Assembly: GCA_943704425.1 (NCBI GenBank)
Contig: CALSCP010000883.1
Coordinates: 1-64,000 of the forward strand
DNA length: 64,000 bases
From: Ministeria vibrans ATCC 50519
Lineage: Eukaryota > Protista > Filasterea
Direction: 5' to 3'
A program made the position numbers and the translations under genes. Numbering within the stretch: position 1 is the first letter of the stretch; every line of letters starts with the position of its first letter. Under the pieces are notes generated by a model that searched no databases, had not been told where the DNA came from, and saw nothing but the letters and a program-made list of their open reading frames with translations. This document shows, one piece after another, positions 22,062 through 33,700 of the stretch.

Positions 22062-24158
22062 TTACCTTTGATCATCATTGTCGTGGGGTGAGGCGCGCGT
22101 TCGTCGCGCAGATGAATGTCGAACGCCATTGGCAGTGGCGAGAACCGTAGAGTCGGTGGAGATGAGGGTATGGTCAAGACGTGCTCGTTTGCGCGCTCGT
22201 TCCGCTGTGGGACTACTCGTGGCCTTGGTCTTCTTGACTTTCTTCTTGGCTGGTCGCTCAGCTGTTGTTGTTGCAGTTATGTTGGCCTGCAGCGTAACTG
22301 CTGCAGCAGCATTGATGGCAGCACGTCGCTTGGCTGATGGAGTAGCAGCAGCAGCAGCAGCAGCAACAGCGGCATGGCCATGCTTGACCTTGGTGGGCGA
22401 AGGAGCCTTGGCCTTGGCTTTGCTCTTGGGTGTCGACGCACTGGTACTCGTCGGTGCGGGTGGTGGTGGTGGTGTCAATGGTCTCTTGCGCGGTCGTCCG
22501 CGTCGTTCGATACGTCCGTCGGGGCGCAGTGGTCGTGGCTTGGGCTTGCGTCCGCGCGTCTCGACCTTGCTCTTCTTTTTCTTGATGCTTTTCTTGTTCT
22601 TCTTCGTGGCTGCATCCGTCGTCGTCGTCGTCGTCTTCTTCTTCTTCTTCTTCTTCTTGTACTTGCGCGTCGCATCGTCGTCGCTGTCGTCGTCGCTGTC
22701 GCCGTCGTCATCGTCCGAGTGGCGTCGCAAGCGCTTCTTGGTGAAAGCAGAGGCAGTGCGTTCGCGGTACAGTCGTTTGGACTCGAGGCGAGCAATACGG
22801 GCAGCGTCGGCAGCCTGGCGACGAGCGGGCGTTAGCGCCACCAGAGGCACGTGAGGCCCGCCAATGTCACCCCAGTCTGGCTCCACCTGTACGTCGAGTG
22901 CGTCAAAGGGCGACGAGTAAGGTGCGCTACGATTGCGCTTGGTGTAGTCCTTCCAGCACATCTCAACGACATCACGGTTGACGCGGGTCAGCATTTGTTT
23001 GTAGCGCTCGCGCTTGAGCACCAGGTCACAGGCGAGACGCAGCGACTCGAGCGATACACGCAGACGTTTGGCAATATCGCGATGTTGCAGGTTGTACCAG
23101 CTGAGGCGATCACGCAGTGTCGGTTGCTGGTAGCAGCGCAGCAGAGGACCCGTGTCTGGACGGGCGTGCAGCCTGCGCCAGTAGTCATAGATGCGTGACA
23201 CCAGCACCATGCTCAATTTGCTTTGTCTTGCCACACGCACAAGGCCGGCCCTCGACACGGACCATCGTTTGCTTGCATCGTGGCCCAAATCGGTCTCTTG
23301 TTGCTCACTGGTCTCCTCCTCCTCCTCGTCTTCGAGTTCCGCCTCCGCTTCGGCCTCGTCTTCCTCGTCGTCGTCACTCTCGTTCTCGTCAGACGATGCA
23401 CGACCGTGATCGTACCTCTGTTGCACGGATCCCGTAGGAGCATAGCGTTGTCGTGCCCAGCGGTGATGCGCCGAGCGCTCGAGCAATTCCATGACTAATT
23501 CAAATACAGCAATGGTGACGCTGCCGACGCCGCTTGAGCCAGAGCCACCGGGGCTGCCGGATCCCGGCGACGATGACAACGGCGCGACTGCCGTGGTGGT
23601 ACCGTTGGGCTGTTGACGGCGCGCTTGGGACTTGTTTTTGGATGTGGATCGTTTGGGAGACGGTTGTCGTCTGTTGAGCTCGCCGAGGAACGCCTCGTCG
23701 TCCGAGTCGGCGTCGTACGTCGCGCCCATCCGTCGACAGGACCGTTTGATGGCGTCAAGTTGGACAAAGCGAGAGGGACGAACAAATCGCGGGGCTTTGG
23801 GCGAGGTGGGTGCAGACGAGGCGGCAACGGCGGCCGCAACGGCTCGGTCCAGTTTTGTCGAGCGCCCCTTGACATTGCCAGCGGCGCCGGCGGCAACACT
23901 GCCGGCGCTCGACGCTGCCGCCAACGATCTGACGTGGCACACGTTGGATTCGGGGAGTGGGCGGTGTCCGGGCACCTGGACGGGGTTGTTCCACTCGCCG
24001 CGCCATGCATCCACAATGACAACCGTTCGAAACTGGCGTTCTTCGACGGCCCGCGAAAATGTCGTGTCATCGCGCACTAGCATGGCCGAAACGGGAGCAG
24101 TGCTGAAAACCTCAACAACCTCATCGTCCGGAGGGGGCGACGGAGGTCGCGATTCCAT
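22062..24158 (-). CDS. Enhancer-of-polycomb-like/BRPF/JADE-family HAT scaffold with an AT-hook-containing basic tail
   Basis: YDADSDDEAFL..N, FELVMELLER, IYDYWRR..PLLR, LRVSLESLRLACDLVLKRERYK; RRGRPRKRP AT-hook. Confidence 0.75.
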   Translation of the reverse strand: MESRPPSPPPDDEVVEVFSTAPVSAMLVRDDTTFSRAVEERQFRTVVIVDAWRGEWNNPVQVPGHRPLPESNVCHVRSLAAASSAGSVAAGAAGNVKGRSTKLDRAVAAAVAASSAPTSPKAPRFVRPSRFVQLDAIKRSCRRMGATYDADSDDEAFLGELNRRQPSPKRSTSKNKSQARRQQPNGTTTAVAPLSSSPGSGSPGGSGSSGVGSVTIAVFELVMELLERSAHHRWARQRYAPTGSVQQRYDHGRASSDENESDDDEEDEAEAEAELEDEEEEETSEQQETDLGHDASKRWSVSRAGLVRVARQSKLSMVLVSRIYDYWRRLHARPDTGPLLRCYQQPTLRDRLSWYNLQHRDIAKRLRVSLESLRLACDLVLKRERYKQMLTRVNRDVVEMCWKDYTKRNRSAPYSSPFDALDVQVEPDWGDIGGPHVPLVALTPARRQAADAARIARLESKRLYRERTASAFTKKRLRRHSDDDDGDSDDDSDDDATRKYKKKKKKKKTTTTTTDAATKKNKKSIKKKKSKVETRGRKPKPRPLRPDGRIERRGRPRKRPLTPPPPPAPTSTSASTPKSKAKAKAPSPTKVKHGHAAVAAAAAAATPSAKRRAAINAAAAVTLQANITATTTAERPAKKKVKKTKATSSPTAERARKRARLDHTLISTDSTVLATANGVRHSSARRTRASPHDNDDQR

Positions 24159-24453
24159 TTAGGGTTCGCTGTTGACCGCCCAGTAAAGAACGCAAGAATT
24201 TTTGTAAATTTTCAATTTTGTCTTTGGATTTTGGATTTTGGATTTTTTTTTTGCCCAATTCAACACCCTCTTGAGAACAGACTAGTGACTTATTGTGACT
24301 ACCACTTGGCACTCATCAGTCATCACTCACCAGACATCATTCGCATCAAGTCAAAAGACATTTTTAGTTCAAGAGGATTCTTAAACGAAATATCTTATAA
24401 TATAGATATCAGATGATATAAATTATATTCAGACATTTTCCTCAATTCCCATC

Positions 24454-25622
24454 ATGGACTTGAACATCATCGAGAGTCAGCCGAGCTTTGTCAAGTTTGT
24501 CTTGGACGGCGTTGACTTGAGCATGGCCAATGCCTTGAGACGAGTGTGCATTGCGGAAGTGCCCACTCTGGCAATAGACACAGTCGATATTGAGGTAGGG
24601 AAAAAAACGCCAATGATCGTTGGAATGGGATGCCTGGGGGCGCCAACGAGCGCCTGCTGGGCGTGCATACCAAGGAGAGAAAGAGAAGTGGAAGCCGCGC
24701 CGGAATCAATTGAAGGGGACGACAAATCGTTGTGAAACGCATTGTGTGTCGCACACCAAAGTGTATTCTCTCTCTCTCTCTCTCTCTCCTTACAACACAC
24801 ACACGCCATTTTATTATACGTGCATCGGTAGATACACTCACCCATGCACACCCGCATGCTTGCTCTTGCTTTCAATGGTGTCCGCCCCTCTTTTAAACAA
24901 CGCTTTCTTGCAGGAGAACAACAGTGTACTCCCCGACGAGTTTTTGGCCCATCGACTGGGTCTGATTCCCATCAAGAGCGCACACGTGAGCAAATTCAAA
25001 TTTTCGCGCGCGTGCGACTGCCAAGGCTTCTGCAGTGACTGCGGCGTCGAAATGAGCCTGGACGTGCGTAACGACGACGTCCACACGCGACTGGTGACCA
25101 CACGCGATCTGGTGAGCTCTGTCGACGGAGTGGCACCCGTGCAGCTCGAGAAGGAGGACGCTGTGCTCATTGCAAAGCTTCAGCGTGGACAGTCTATCAG
25201 GCTCAAGTATAATATCGAGCTCATGTGCTATGCGTGCTCCCTCATTTTTGCTCACTCACTGTTTTGCTCTTTTTTCTCCCACCAGATGCATTGCACGCAA
25301 AGGGTTTGGAAAGGAGCACGCCAAGTGGATTCCCACATGTGCCGTTGCCTTTGAGTACGACCCGGACAACCGTGCACGCTTTACCAACTTCCCCGACCCT
25401 GCCGAGTGGCCCAAGAGCGAATTTAGCAGTCTGCGCGAGCGCGACGATCGTCATCAGGAAGATTACGACATGAGCTTTGTGCCGCGTCGCTTCTACTTTA
25501 CTGTCGAGGCAACGGGTGCCCTCGAGCCCACTGCCATTGTCACGTCTGCTCTCGATGTGCTCGCCGAGAAGATCACAGACCTCGCGGGTATCACGGAGCG
25601 TCTCGAAGCCAAAAAGTTTTGA
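24454..25622 (+). CDS. POLR2C: RNA polymerase II subunit RPB3
   Basis: [69 protein letters not shown]. Confidence 0.97.
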
Positions 25623-25711
25623 CTTGCGACCATTTGTGTGTGTGTGTGTGTGTGTGTGTTTGTACAAAAAGAAGAAAACCCCCCTTATGATAAAAGTCTG
25701 TTGTCTGTGGT

Positions 25712-26251
25712 TCATTTGTCCTTTTCTACATACGCTGCTGCTGCCGCTGCCGACGGATCATCAGTGTGCTACAGAAAACACAACAATTGAGATCTTCTTA
25801 TTACGTCTCGTCACTTTTTGTCTGTTGTACTGTCTGTTGCTCGTAGAGCTTTCCAGTGATGGTTCTGTCGCGCCAGAGCATAGCATGGTCCCAGCTATCC
25901 ATGCCCCATCTGGGTTTCTGTGCAAAAAGACGGTTAAGGAAGAGAGAGGAGAGAGAAGAGAGAGACAAAAGAAGAGGGTTTGAAAAATTGCTGAAAATGG
26001 AGAGAGTCAGCACGCGAGAAGGAGTACCTTTCCGACTGCATAGTGCATCGCACTGATGACCATCGGCCCACCCCCGAGAAACAAGACGATAAGGCCAATG
26101 GGCGGCAGTGCTTCCATCCCTACAAAAAAAAACGCATCAGAAAAAAAAAAAGAGAGACAGTGGTGAGGGATGGGAGGTGCCACAGCCCAGCAGAGCAACA
26201 GGGATACATGAAGGGCAAAGTACACGTACATTGGAAGCGTAACCGGTTCAT
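25712..26251 (-). CDS. NDUFA1: NADH dehydrogenase 1 alpha subcomplex subunit 1 (MWFE-like), 4 small exons
   Basis: Spliced reading MNRLRFQWMEALPPIGLIVLFLGGG..MHYAVGK-KPRWGMDSWDHAMLWRDRTITG. Confidence 0.75.
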
Positions 26252-26366
26252 ATTTTTTACTTCGATCAAAAAAAATGAGTCATTTCACTCATTGAGCACT
26301 ATTTGAGTTATTATTTTTTAGTCCTCTTGTGCACTTGTGTCTACTCAACCTACTTTCGTCAGTGCC

Positions 26367-28131
26367 ATGTTTCGTGCGCTTCAACGTGGTACCTGGATCC
26401 TATTTTTTTCTGTCTGTCTGACTCCCGTCACTTTTTCTTTTTTCCATTTCCCAGGTGCGAAGGCGTTCGCTACCCGCTACGCGAGCGTTGTATCGTCGAG
26501 GGCAAGGTACTACACACCGGTGTGATTGCTCCAATTGCACTGATTCGCCTGGCATCTCTCAATGTGGCTGTAGTCCAAAGTGTCTGGCGGCCCTGTCGAC
26601 GTCGGCGGCTCGCCAAGCGGTGTACACGTCGCCACTGCCCGACATTGTGACGCCCAATGTGTCTTTGACTGATTATCTCTTTCCCAAGTTCGAGCCGTTT
26701 GAGCACAAGCGCGTACGACGCCTGTTTTGTGTCGTGTCTCGCTTTGTTTACCCTTTCGCTTGTGCCTAGGCGATTTTCGATGTGACCACAAACGAAGAAT
26801 TGACCTATGGCGAACTGGTGGATCGATCAAAGCGCGTTGCCAATGCTCTTTCTTCTCAAGGCATTGGCAAGGGGGATGTTGTGGGAATATATTCTGCAAA
26901 TTGCGCCGGTAGCAACACACTATTCCGAGTAAATCTGTCTTGTTATTCAAATGTTGTCTCCACTCCCTCTTGTTAGAGTACTACGTTGCCGTATTTGGCA
27001 TATCCATGACGGGTGCTACAGCCACATTGCTGAACCCGACGTATAGCGCGCGTGAAGTGCTCTACCAGCTTCAAGATGCGGGAGCGACCTCGCTGATTGT
27101 GGGCACTCACACGCTCGAGGCGTTTGTGACGTGCCAGAAGGAGCATCCCGAAGTGAGTGCACACACTAAAAAGGTCTATGTGTTTGGCGAGGACACGGCG
27201 GCCGCCCACAAGTACCACTTTGAGTCGTTTTCGTCGTTGTACACCGCTGCACCAACACCTCCCTCGGTCTCGATGGACCCTTCCAACGACGTTGTCATTC
27301 TCCCTTACTCGAGGTATGTCTTCCTCTACTCCTATCTTGCCCTTCAACTCACTGAAACAACATTTACAGTGGCACGACGGGTCTGCCTAAAGGAGTGATG
27401 TTGACACACTCCAACATTGTCTCAAATGTTCTTGCCATGGAGGAGATGGACAAGGGCCGTCTGTCGTCGGCGGACAAGTTTCTCGGTGTGCTGCCGCTTT
27501 TTCACATCTACGGCCTGGTGATCAACCTTAGCGGCTTTGCCGTGGGCGTTGAGTTGGCCATGATGCCGCGCTTTGACCTGGAGCTCTTCCTGCGCACCAT
27601 TGAGACGCACGGCACAACCATGTGCCATATTGTGCCGCCCATTGCCGTCGCGCTGGCCAAGCATCCTCTTGTTGACAAGTTCAGTCTCAAGTCGGTCCGT
27701 CGCATCATGTCGGGAGCTGCGCCTCTCTCGGACGAGACGGAAAGCCAACTTTTTGCACGGTACTTAACTTTGAGAAAAAGAAATTAGTTGAGATTTCGAT
27801 GGTAGACTGGGCATCAAGACGTACCAGGGCTATGGCATGACGGAACTCTCGCCCGTGTCGCACTACGCAACGGAGACGTACTCGCGTCAGGGGTCGGTGG
27901 GCGTTCTGATCCCGAACGTGCAGGCGCGCATTGTCGACCTGGAAACGCGCAAGGACGTGCCCATTGACGCCGAGGGCGAGCTGCTCATTCGTGGGCCACT
28001 CGTCATGAAGGGCTACCACAACCGCCCCGACGCAACCGCCGAGGCCATCAACGACGACGGCTACCTTCATACGGGCGACATTGCTCGCGTCGACCGCGAC
28101 GGCTTCTTTTACGTCGTCGACCGGGTCAAGG
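26367..28131 (+). CDS. 4-coumarate:CoA ligase-like / luciferase-family acyl-CoA synthetase, 3' truncated
   Basis: LPYSSGTTGLPKGVMLTH, LPLFHIYG, SGAAPL, QGYGMTELSP, GELLIRGP, GYLHTGD, VVDRVK; the C-terminal domain exon is not found downstream. Confidence 0.9.
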
Positions 28132-28184
28132 GTACTTACTACTCCCTTAACCTTTGACCTTACGTCATGTTACTCATTCATGTT

Positions 28185-28430
<246 letters not shown>

Positions 28431-28520
28431 GAAAAGGAACAAGTATGATGAGAAGGAAAGAACTGTACCTTTAATTCATCCTTTTTGCATTTTTTGTGTG
28501 TGTGTGTGTGTTTATACAGT

Positions 28521-30016
28521 TTACTATGCCCATTGAGGCGCAGACGGGCGCCACACGATTTCGATTGGAGCAGTTTGAATATTCGAGTTCGTTCTCAGAC
28601 GTTTGGGCTCTCGAGTCGATTGCATTGGATCTTGATGGAGCTGATGAGTGCGCTGGAACGTGTTTTAACGGCGGAACGTGTGTGCCGCGTTCGTCGACTC
28701 TCTTTGACTGCATTTGTGCCGATGGGTTTGTTGGCTCTACCTGTTCGGCGTTACAAGGACTTCCCTCTTGCAGTTCAAGTCCGTGCGAGAATGGCGGCAC
28801 ATGTGTACAGGGATCGAATGCTGTCCACTCATGCGTGTGCGTTTCGGGATTCACCGGTGACCACTGTGCGAATACGGTGTCTTCGCCGTGTGTATCACTT
28901 CCATGTCAGCATGGGGGAACGTGCATTAGTGATTCAGTCGACTTGTACGAGTGTCAGTGTGCGAGTGGACGAACCGGCGCAAACTGTGAGACCATTGTGG
29001 ATATGTGTGCGTCGAGTCCCTGTGAGCAAGGTAGTACGTGTACGCCTCTTTTCAATGGGTATTTGTGTACGTGCATTGCACAGAGGACCGGTGAACATTG
29101 TGAAAGTGGGGTGGACGCTTGTGCGTCGTCTCCGTGCGATTCAGTCGGTGCAGCGTCATGCTTCAATGGCGGTGTGTTGTATGAATGCCTCTGTATTACG
29201 GGCTACACTGGAGATCAGTGCGAGACACAGATCGATCCGTGCGACAGCAAAGGATGCATGAATGGTGCAACATGCCTGTCGACGAGTGCGACGACCGCCG
29301 GGTGTGTCTGTCCCGATGGCTACCATGGCGGGCAGTGTGAGCTGGACACTGACGAGTGTGCCTCGTCGCCATGTCCAGGCGGTGGCACCTGTGTTCAGTC
29401 GACCCCTGGAACTTTTGTGTGTGTGTGTGTAGCAGGTCTTGAGGGACCGCAGTGTGAGACGCACACAAACGAGTGTGCTTCGATGCCCTGTCGCAATGGT
29501 GGACGCTGCAGCGACGGCTTTGGCGGTTACTTGTGTGCGTGTGCGGCCGGCTACGAAGGTAGCCTTTGTGAGGTGAACACCGACGAGTGTGCGTCATCAC
29601 CGTGTGCTTTTGGCTCGACTTGCCTCGATGGCGTGTTTGAATTCACCTGCGAGTGTGTGGCAGGACGCACGGGACGCACTTGCCGCCAAGTCGTCTCGCA
29701 GACAGTTGAGCCTCCGTCGTTGTCTGTCGACGATGGCTCGTCTGATCTGCACGCGAGCACCTCGGTGACTATGACCGGCAATGTGCACGTCTCGGCGTTG
29801 CTGCGTGTCGATGGCAAGCACGACGACGTCCACACCCTTGCGTTGCTGGTTGCCTCGTTGCGTGCCGATCTCTACGTTCTCAACCCATGCGAGTCGAGCC
29901 CCTGTCACAACGGGAGTACGTGTGCCACCATCGGCAGTCGTGCCACTGGCTACCCGATCTCGTTTGAGTGCCAGTGTTCCGGTGCCTTCACTGGGGTCTT
30001 TTGTGATATTCCATAA
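28521..30016 (+). CDS. 3' part of an extracellular protein: end of a Reelin-like subrepeat plus about 10 EGF repeats (5' missing)
   Basis: PIEAQTGATRFRLEQ..DVWALESI followed by repeated CxSxPCxNGGTC units. Confidence 0.8.
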
Positions 30017-30089
30017 AGTGTATACTAAAAATAATAATAATAATAATAAATAATAATAATAATAGTAATAATAATCAATAATGAGCTTC

Positions 30090-30147
<58 letters not shown>

Positions 30148-30798
30148 CAAATTATTATTATTATTATTATTATTATTTTATTATTATTTTTATTATTATA
30201 ATAATAATGAAAATCAAGGGAGAAAATATAATACATACAATGAAGAGTAATACAATGCTTCCACCATAGGCAGATGATAGGCTAGCTCCAAGAAGATGGA
30301 TCACTCATAGATAGTTTTATTATTATATTGCATTTTTTCATGATATTTTATTATTATATTATTGACCGCGACTGAAATTTAACGTTTCCGCACACCTCTC
30401 TTGACTCTGCTCGCCCTATCCACTTCTATACTCAAAAACTTACTAGTCACTACCCAATTACTCGATTACTCATTGTTGAACCACGATTAGAGTTCAATTC
30501 GGGGGGCCACGATCTTATTATTATGTTAAACTTGGAATTTTTTACTGACAGAGAGAGAGTTGTCTTCCAAATTCCAACTTTAATGTTTTGTTATTTTGAT
30601 TAATAGAAAACATTTCATTTATAAGATTGGTTAGTGCCGCCTTGCCACTAGCATCAGCGCTTCTCGGGTGCCTTCAACACGCCTCTTGTGGCCTCCCACG
30701 CTCTCTTTTTCACCGTTTCGGTTTTTGTGTTGACGTGGGAATCCGTTTGTTCTCCGTTTGCTTGTCGGTCACGTAGCACGCGCAACCGGCCCAGCGCG

Positions 30799-33700
30799 AT
30801 GTTCTCCGTTGCCGTCCTCGTACTAGCGTTATGTCTTTCACCCACTCCGGGCCTGGCAGACAAGAAATGCGACGTGGCTCGGGCGCTGACCGACACAGAT
30901 TGGTATGCATTCTGACGTCAATGGGTTGCTTTTGCTTTCCGCTCACTCTCTCGCTCACTCACGCCTTTTTTCCCCTTGCTCGCACAGCGACGTGATTAAA
31001 GCAGCATTCACTGTGCCGTCGAGCTGGTCAGAACTGCAGCTCAAAGAGCAGTTTCTTCAGCTGACGCGGATTGAAGGAGCTCTGACGCTCAATGCGATCG
31101 ACTCCTTAACGACGCTTGACGGGGTCTTTCCCGCGCTCACCGAGATTCAAGGCGACCTTGTCATCACCAGCAACCCCAACCTGGTGGCGATACAGGGATT
31201 CCAGGAGCTGGAGGAGATGGATGGAGGATTCATCCGAATCCATTTGAATCCGATCCTTTCAAATTTAAAGTACGACACTTTGGAAGCAAATAATTATTAT
31301 TACTATTATATTGTTATTTGTTTTGCGTCTCCTGCTTCTTCTTCTTCAGTTGTTTTTGTCCCTTTTTGAGTCTCCCCCGCCCTCCACAAGAGTGAATCCA
31401 TCCCTCCTCGCAACCAACACTCTCCGTTTGTTTGTGTAGCGGCCTTCTGCCTGACCTTTCGTCTTTCCTGTTTCCGCCCCTGGGTATCCACATCACGCAC
31501 AATGCGCCCGTATCGATCCCTTTACCCGTCCCCATCAAAGAAGACTACTACCTCGACCTCTCCTTCAACACGGCCCTCTTGTCCTGCGAACTCGCCCTGG
31601 ACGGCATCGAGGTCTTTCCCCAGTTCAGTACGCAGGGCCTGCGCATCTCAGGCAACACCATGGCGGGCTTCACGCCGCACCAGCTGCTCAACGAGCTCAC
31701 CGAACTGCCGGGCGACCTTGTTCTCGACTCCAACATTGGCATGGTGGCGACAGGCGACCTCTTGAGGAACATGGAGGGCACCATTGCGGGCTCGGTCTTC
31801 GTCGAGGGCAACGACAAGCTCACCGAGATGATCAACTTTGTCAATGGGCCCTCTGGCATTGCCGGCGACCTTGTCATCAGCACTAATGACCTCCTCGAGG
31901 ACCTAACGCATGCCTTTGGGAACATCCAGTCGCTCGACGGCGCCCTCCGCATCCACCGCAACCCCTTCCTGAAGTCGCTCAACGGCTTCCTCGGCAGCCT
32001 CACCGTCACTTCTCTGCCCGCAGGCGTCTTCGTGTCCGAGAACAGCGACCCCATCAGCGCCCCTGTGCCCTCTCCTCCTGCTGGCACCAACATTCTTGTG
32101 CGCTCCAACCCGAATCTCGAGCTGCTCTCGGGCTTCCTCGGTCCCATTGTCGATGTCTTGGGGTCAGTCGTCATCGAGGACAACCTTGCCGACGGTTTCT
32201 CCTCCACCGACTTCCTCTTGCACGTCACATCCGTCTCCGGCTCAGTCATCGTGCAAAACAACCCGGGTCTGTCCTCACTCGACAACTTTCTGACCTCCTG
32301 CACGCACATTTTGGGCTCGCTGGTCCTTGCGAGCCAGCCCGGCTGTTCCACCCTCGACAAGACACACCTGGCCAGCCTCGAGTCGGTCGGGGGCAACATC
32401 AACGTGCTTCACATGGCCAATCTTATCGCGTTGACCAATGCCTTCCCGGCCCTTCACCAGCTCACTGGCAGCTTTGTCCTCTCCAATCTGCCACTGCTCA
32501 CAAACGGTTCTGAGCTGTTGACCCTCCACGAGATTGGCGGTGGGCTTACCATCTCACATTGCCCCGAGTTGCTCACCCTGGGCTTTCACATGCTGTCGTC
32601 CGTTCAGAGCATTTTCATCGACAACTGTGAAGTGCTTCCCGTCATTGAATTTCCCGCCCTGCACACCATCACCAACATGCTCAGCTTAACTGCCCTTCCG
32701 TCCGTTACCGTCATCAAACGTAGCCAAATGAGCTTGCTCAACGACCTTGGTGGCGTTTACATACGCGATCTACCGAGTCTCGTCATCTTCCGTCGTCTCG
32801 CATCCAACACAAACTCCCTCACGGAGCTTCGTGTCGTTGACGCTCCATTAGTCAACCTCGAGATGACCACATTTATTGGTCCGTCGCACATTGGTATCCT
32901 TGAGGTGGCCAACACCAGCACAACGGAGATCTACCCCGCAACTGCTCCTGCGCTTCAGACCGTCGACACATTCATTGTGCGCGACAATGTAAATTTGCTC
33001 TCTCTCGATGGCTTTGACAGTTTGGTGTCGGCCAAGTCGATCATCATTAGCAATAACGAGCGCCTCACTGCCATTCGCGGCTTTGCAACACTTGCGTTTA
33101 TTACTGATCTGTCAATCACCGGCAATGTGGCTCTCATCGAACTATCTGCGTTTGGTATTCAGCTCACCGCGAGGCAGATCCTGGGTTCGCTCGACCTGCG
33201 AGGCAATCCATTGCTCACTGAGACGACCTCACCCGGTCTTACCACAATGAATACCATTGTCGGCTCGTTGTACATGTCGCCCTTTTCGAGTGCACTACTC
33301 ACCTCCTCACTCACAGTGCTCACCACCATTGGTGGCGACTTGCTGCCTGTCGCGGATTCCCTCGCGAGCTCCTTGTACGCCCAGTTGCACATTGTGGCTC
33401 TATTTTCACAGCCCCTCGCCGTCTCTGGGCACATCACCATGCTGAGTAAGCCCCAGATAGCGTCAGTCACGCTTGGTGCCGGCCCACTTGGCGTGGCGGG
33501 CAACGTCAATGTGCAAACTTGTTCGTCGCTCGAGTCGTTCATTCTCGACGGTGTGTCTGTGATCTATGGCAACACTATTGTCCTCGACAATCCTCTCTTG
33601 AAGACGCTGCGATTCCCCACGCTCAACCGCATCGAAGGAACCCTTCATATTGAGGGTAATCCTGTGCTGCCTACCGTGGACGCACCGCTGATTGCGGACG

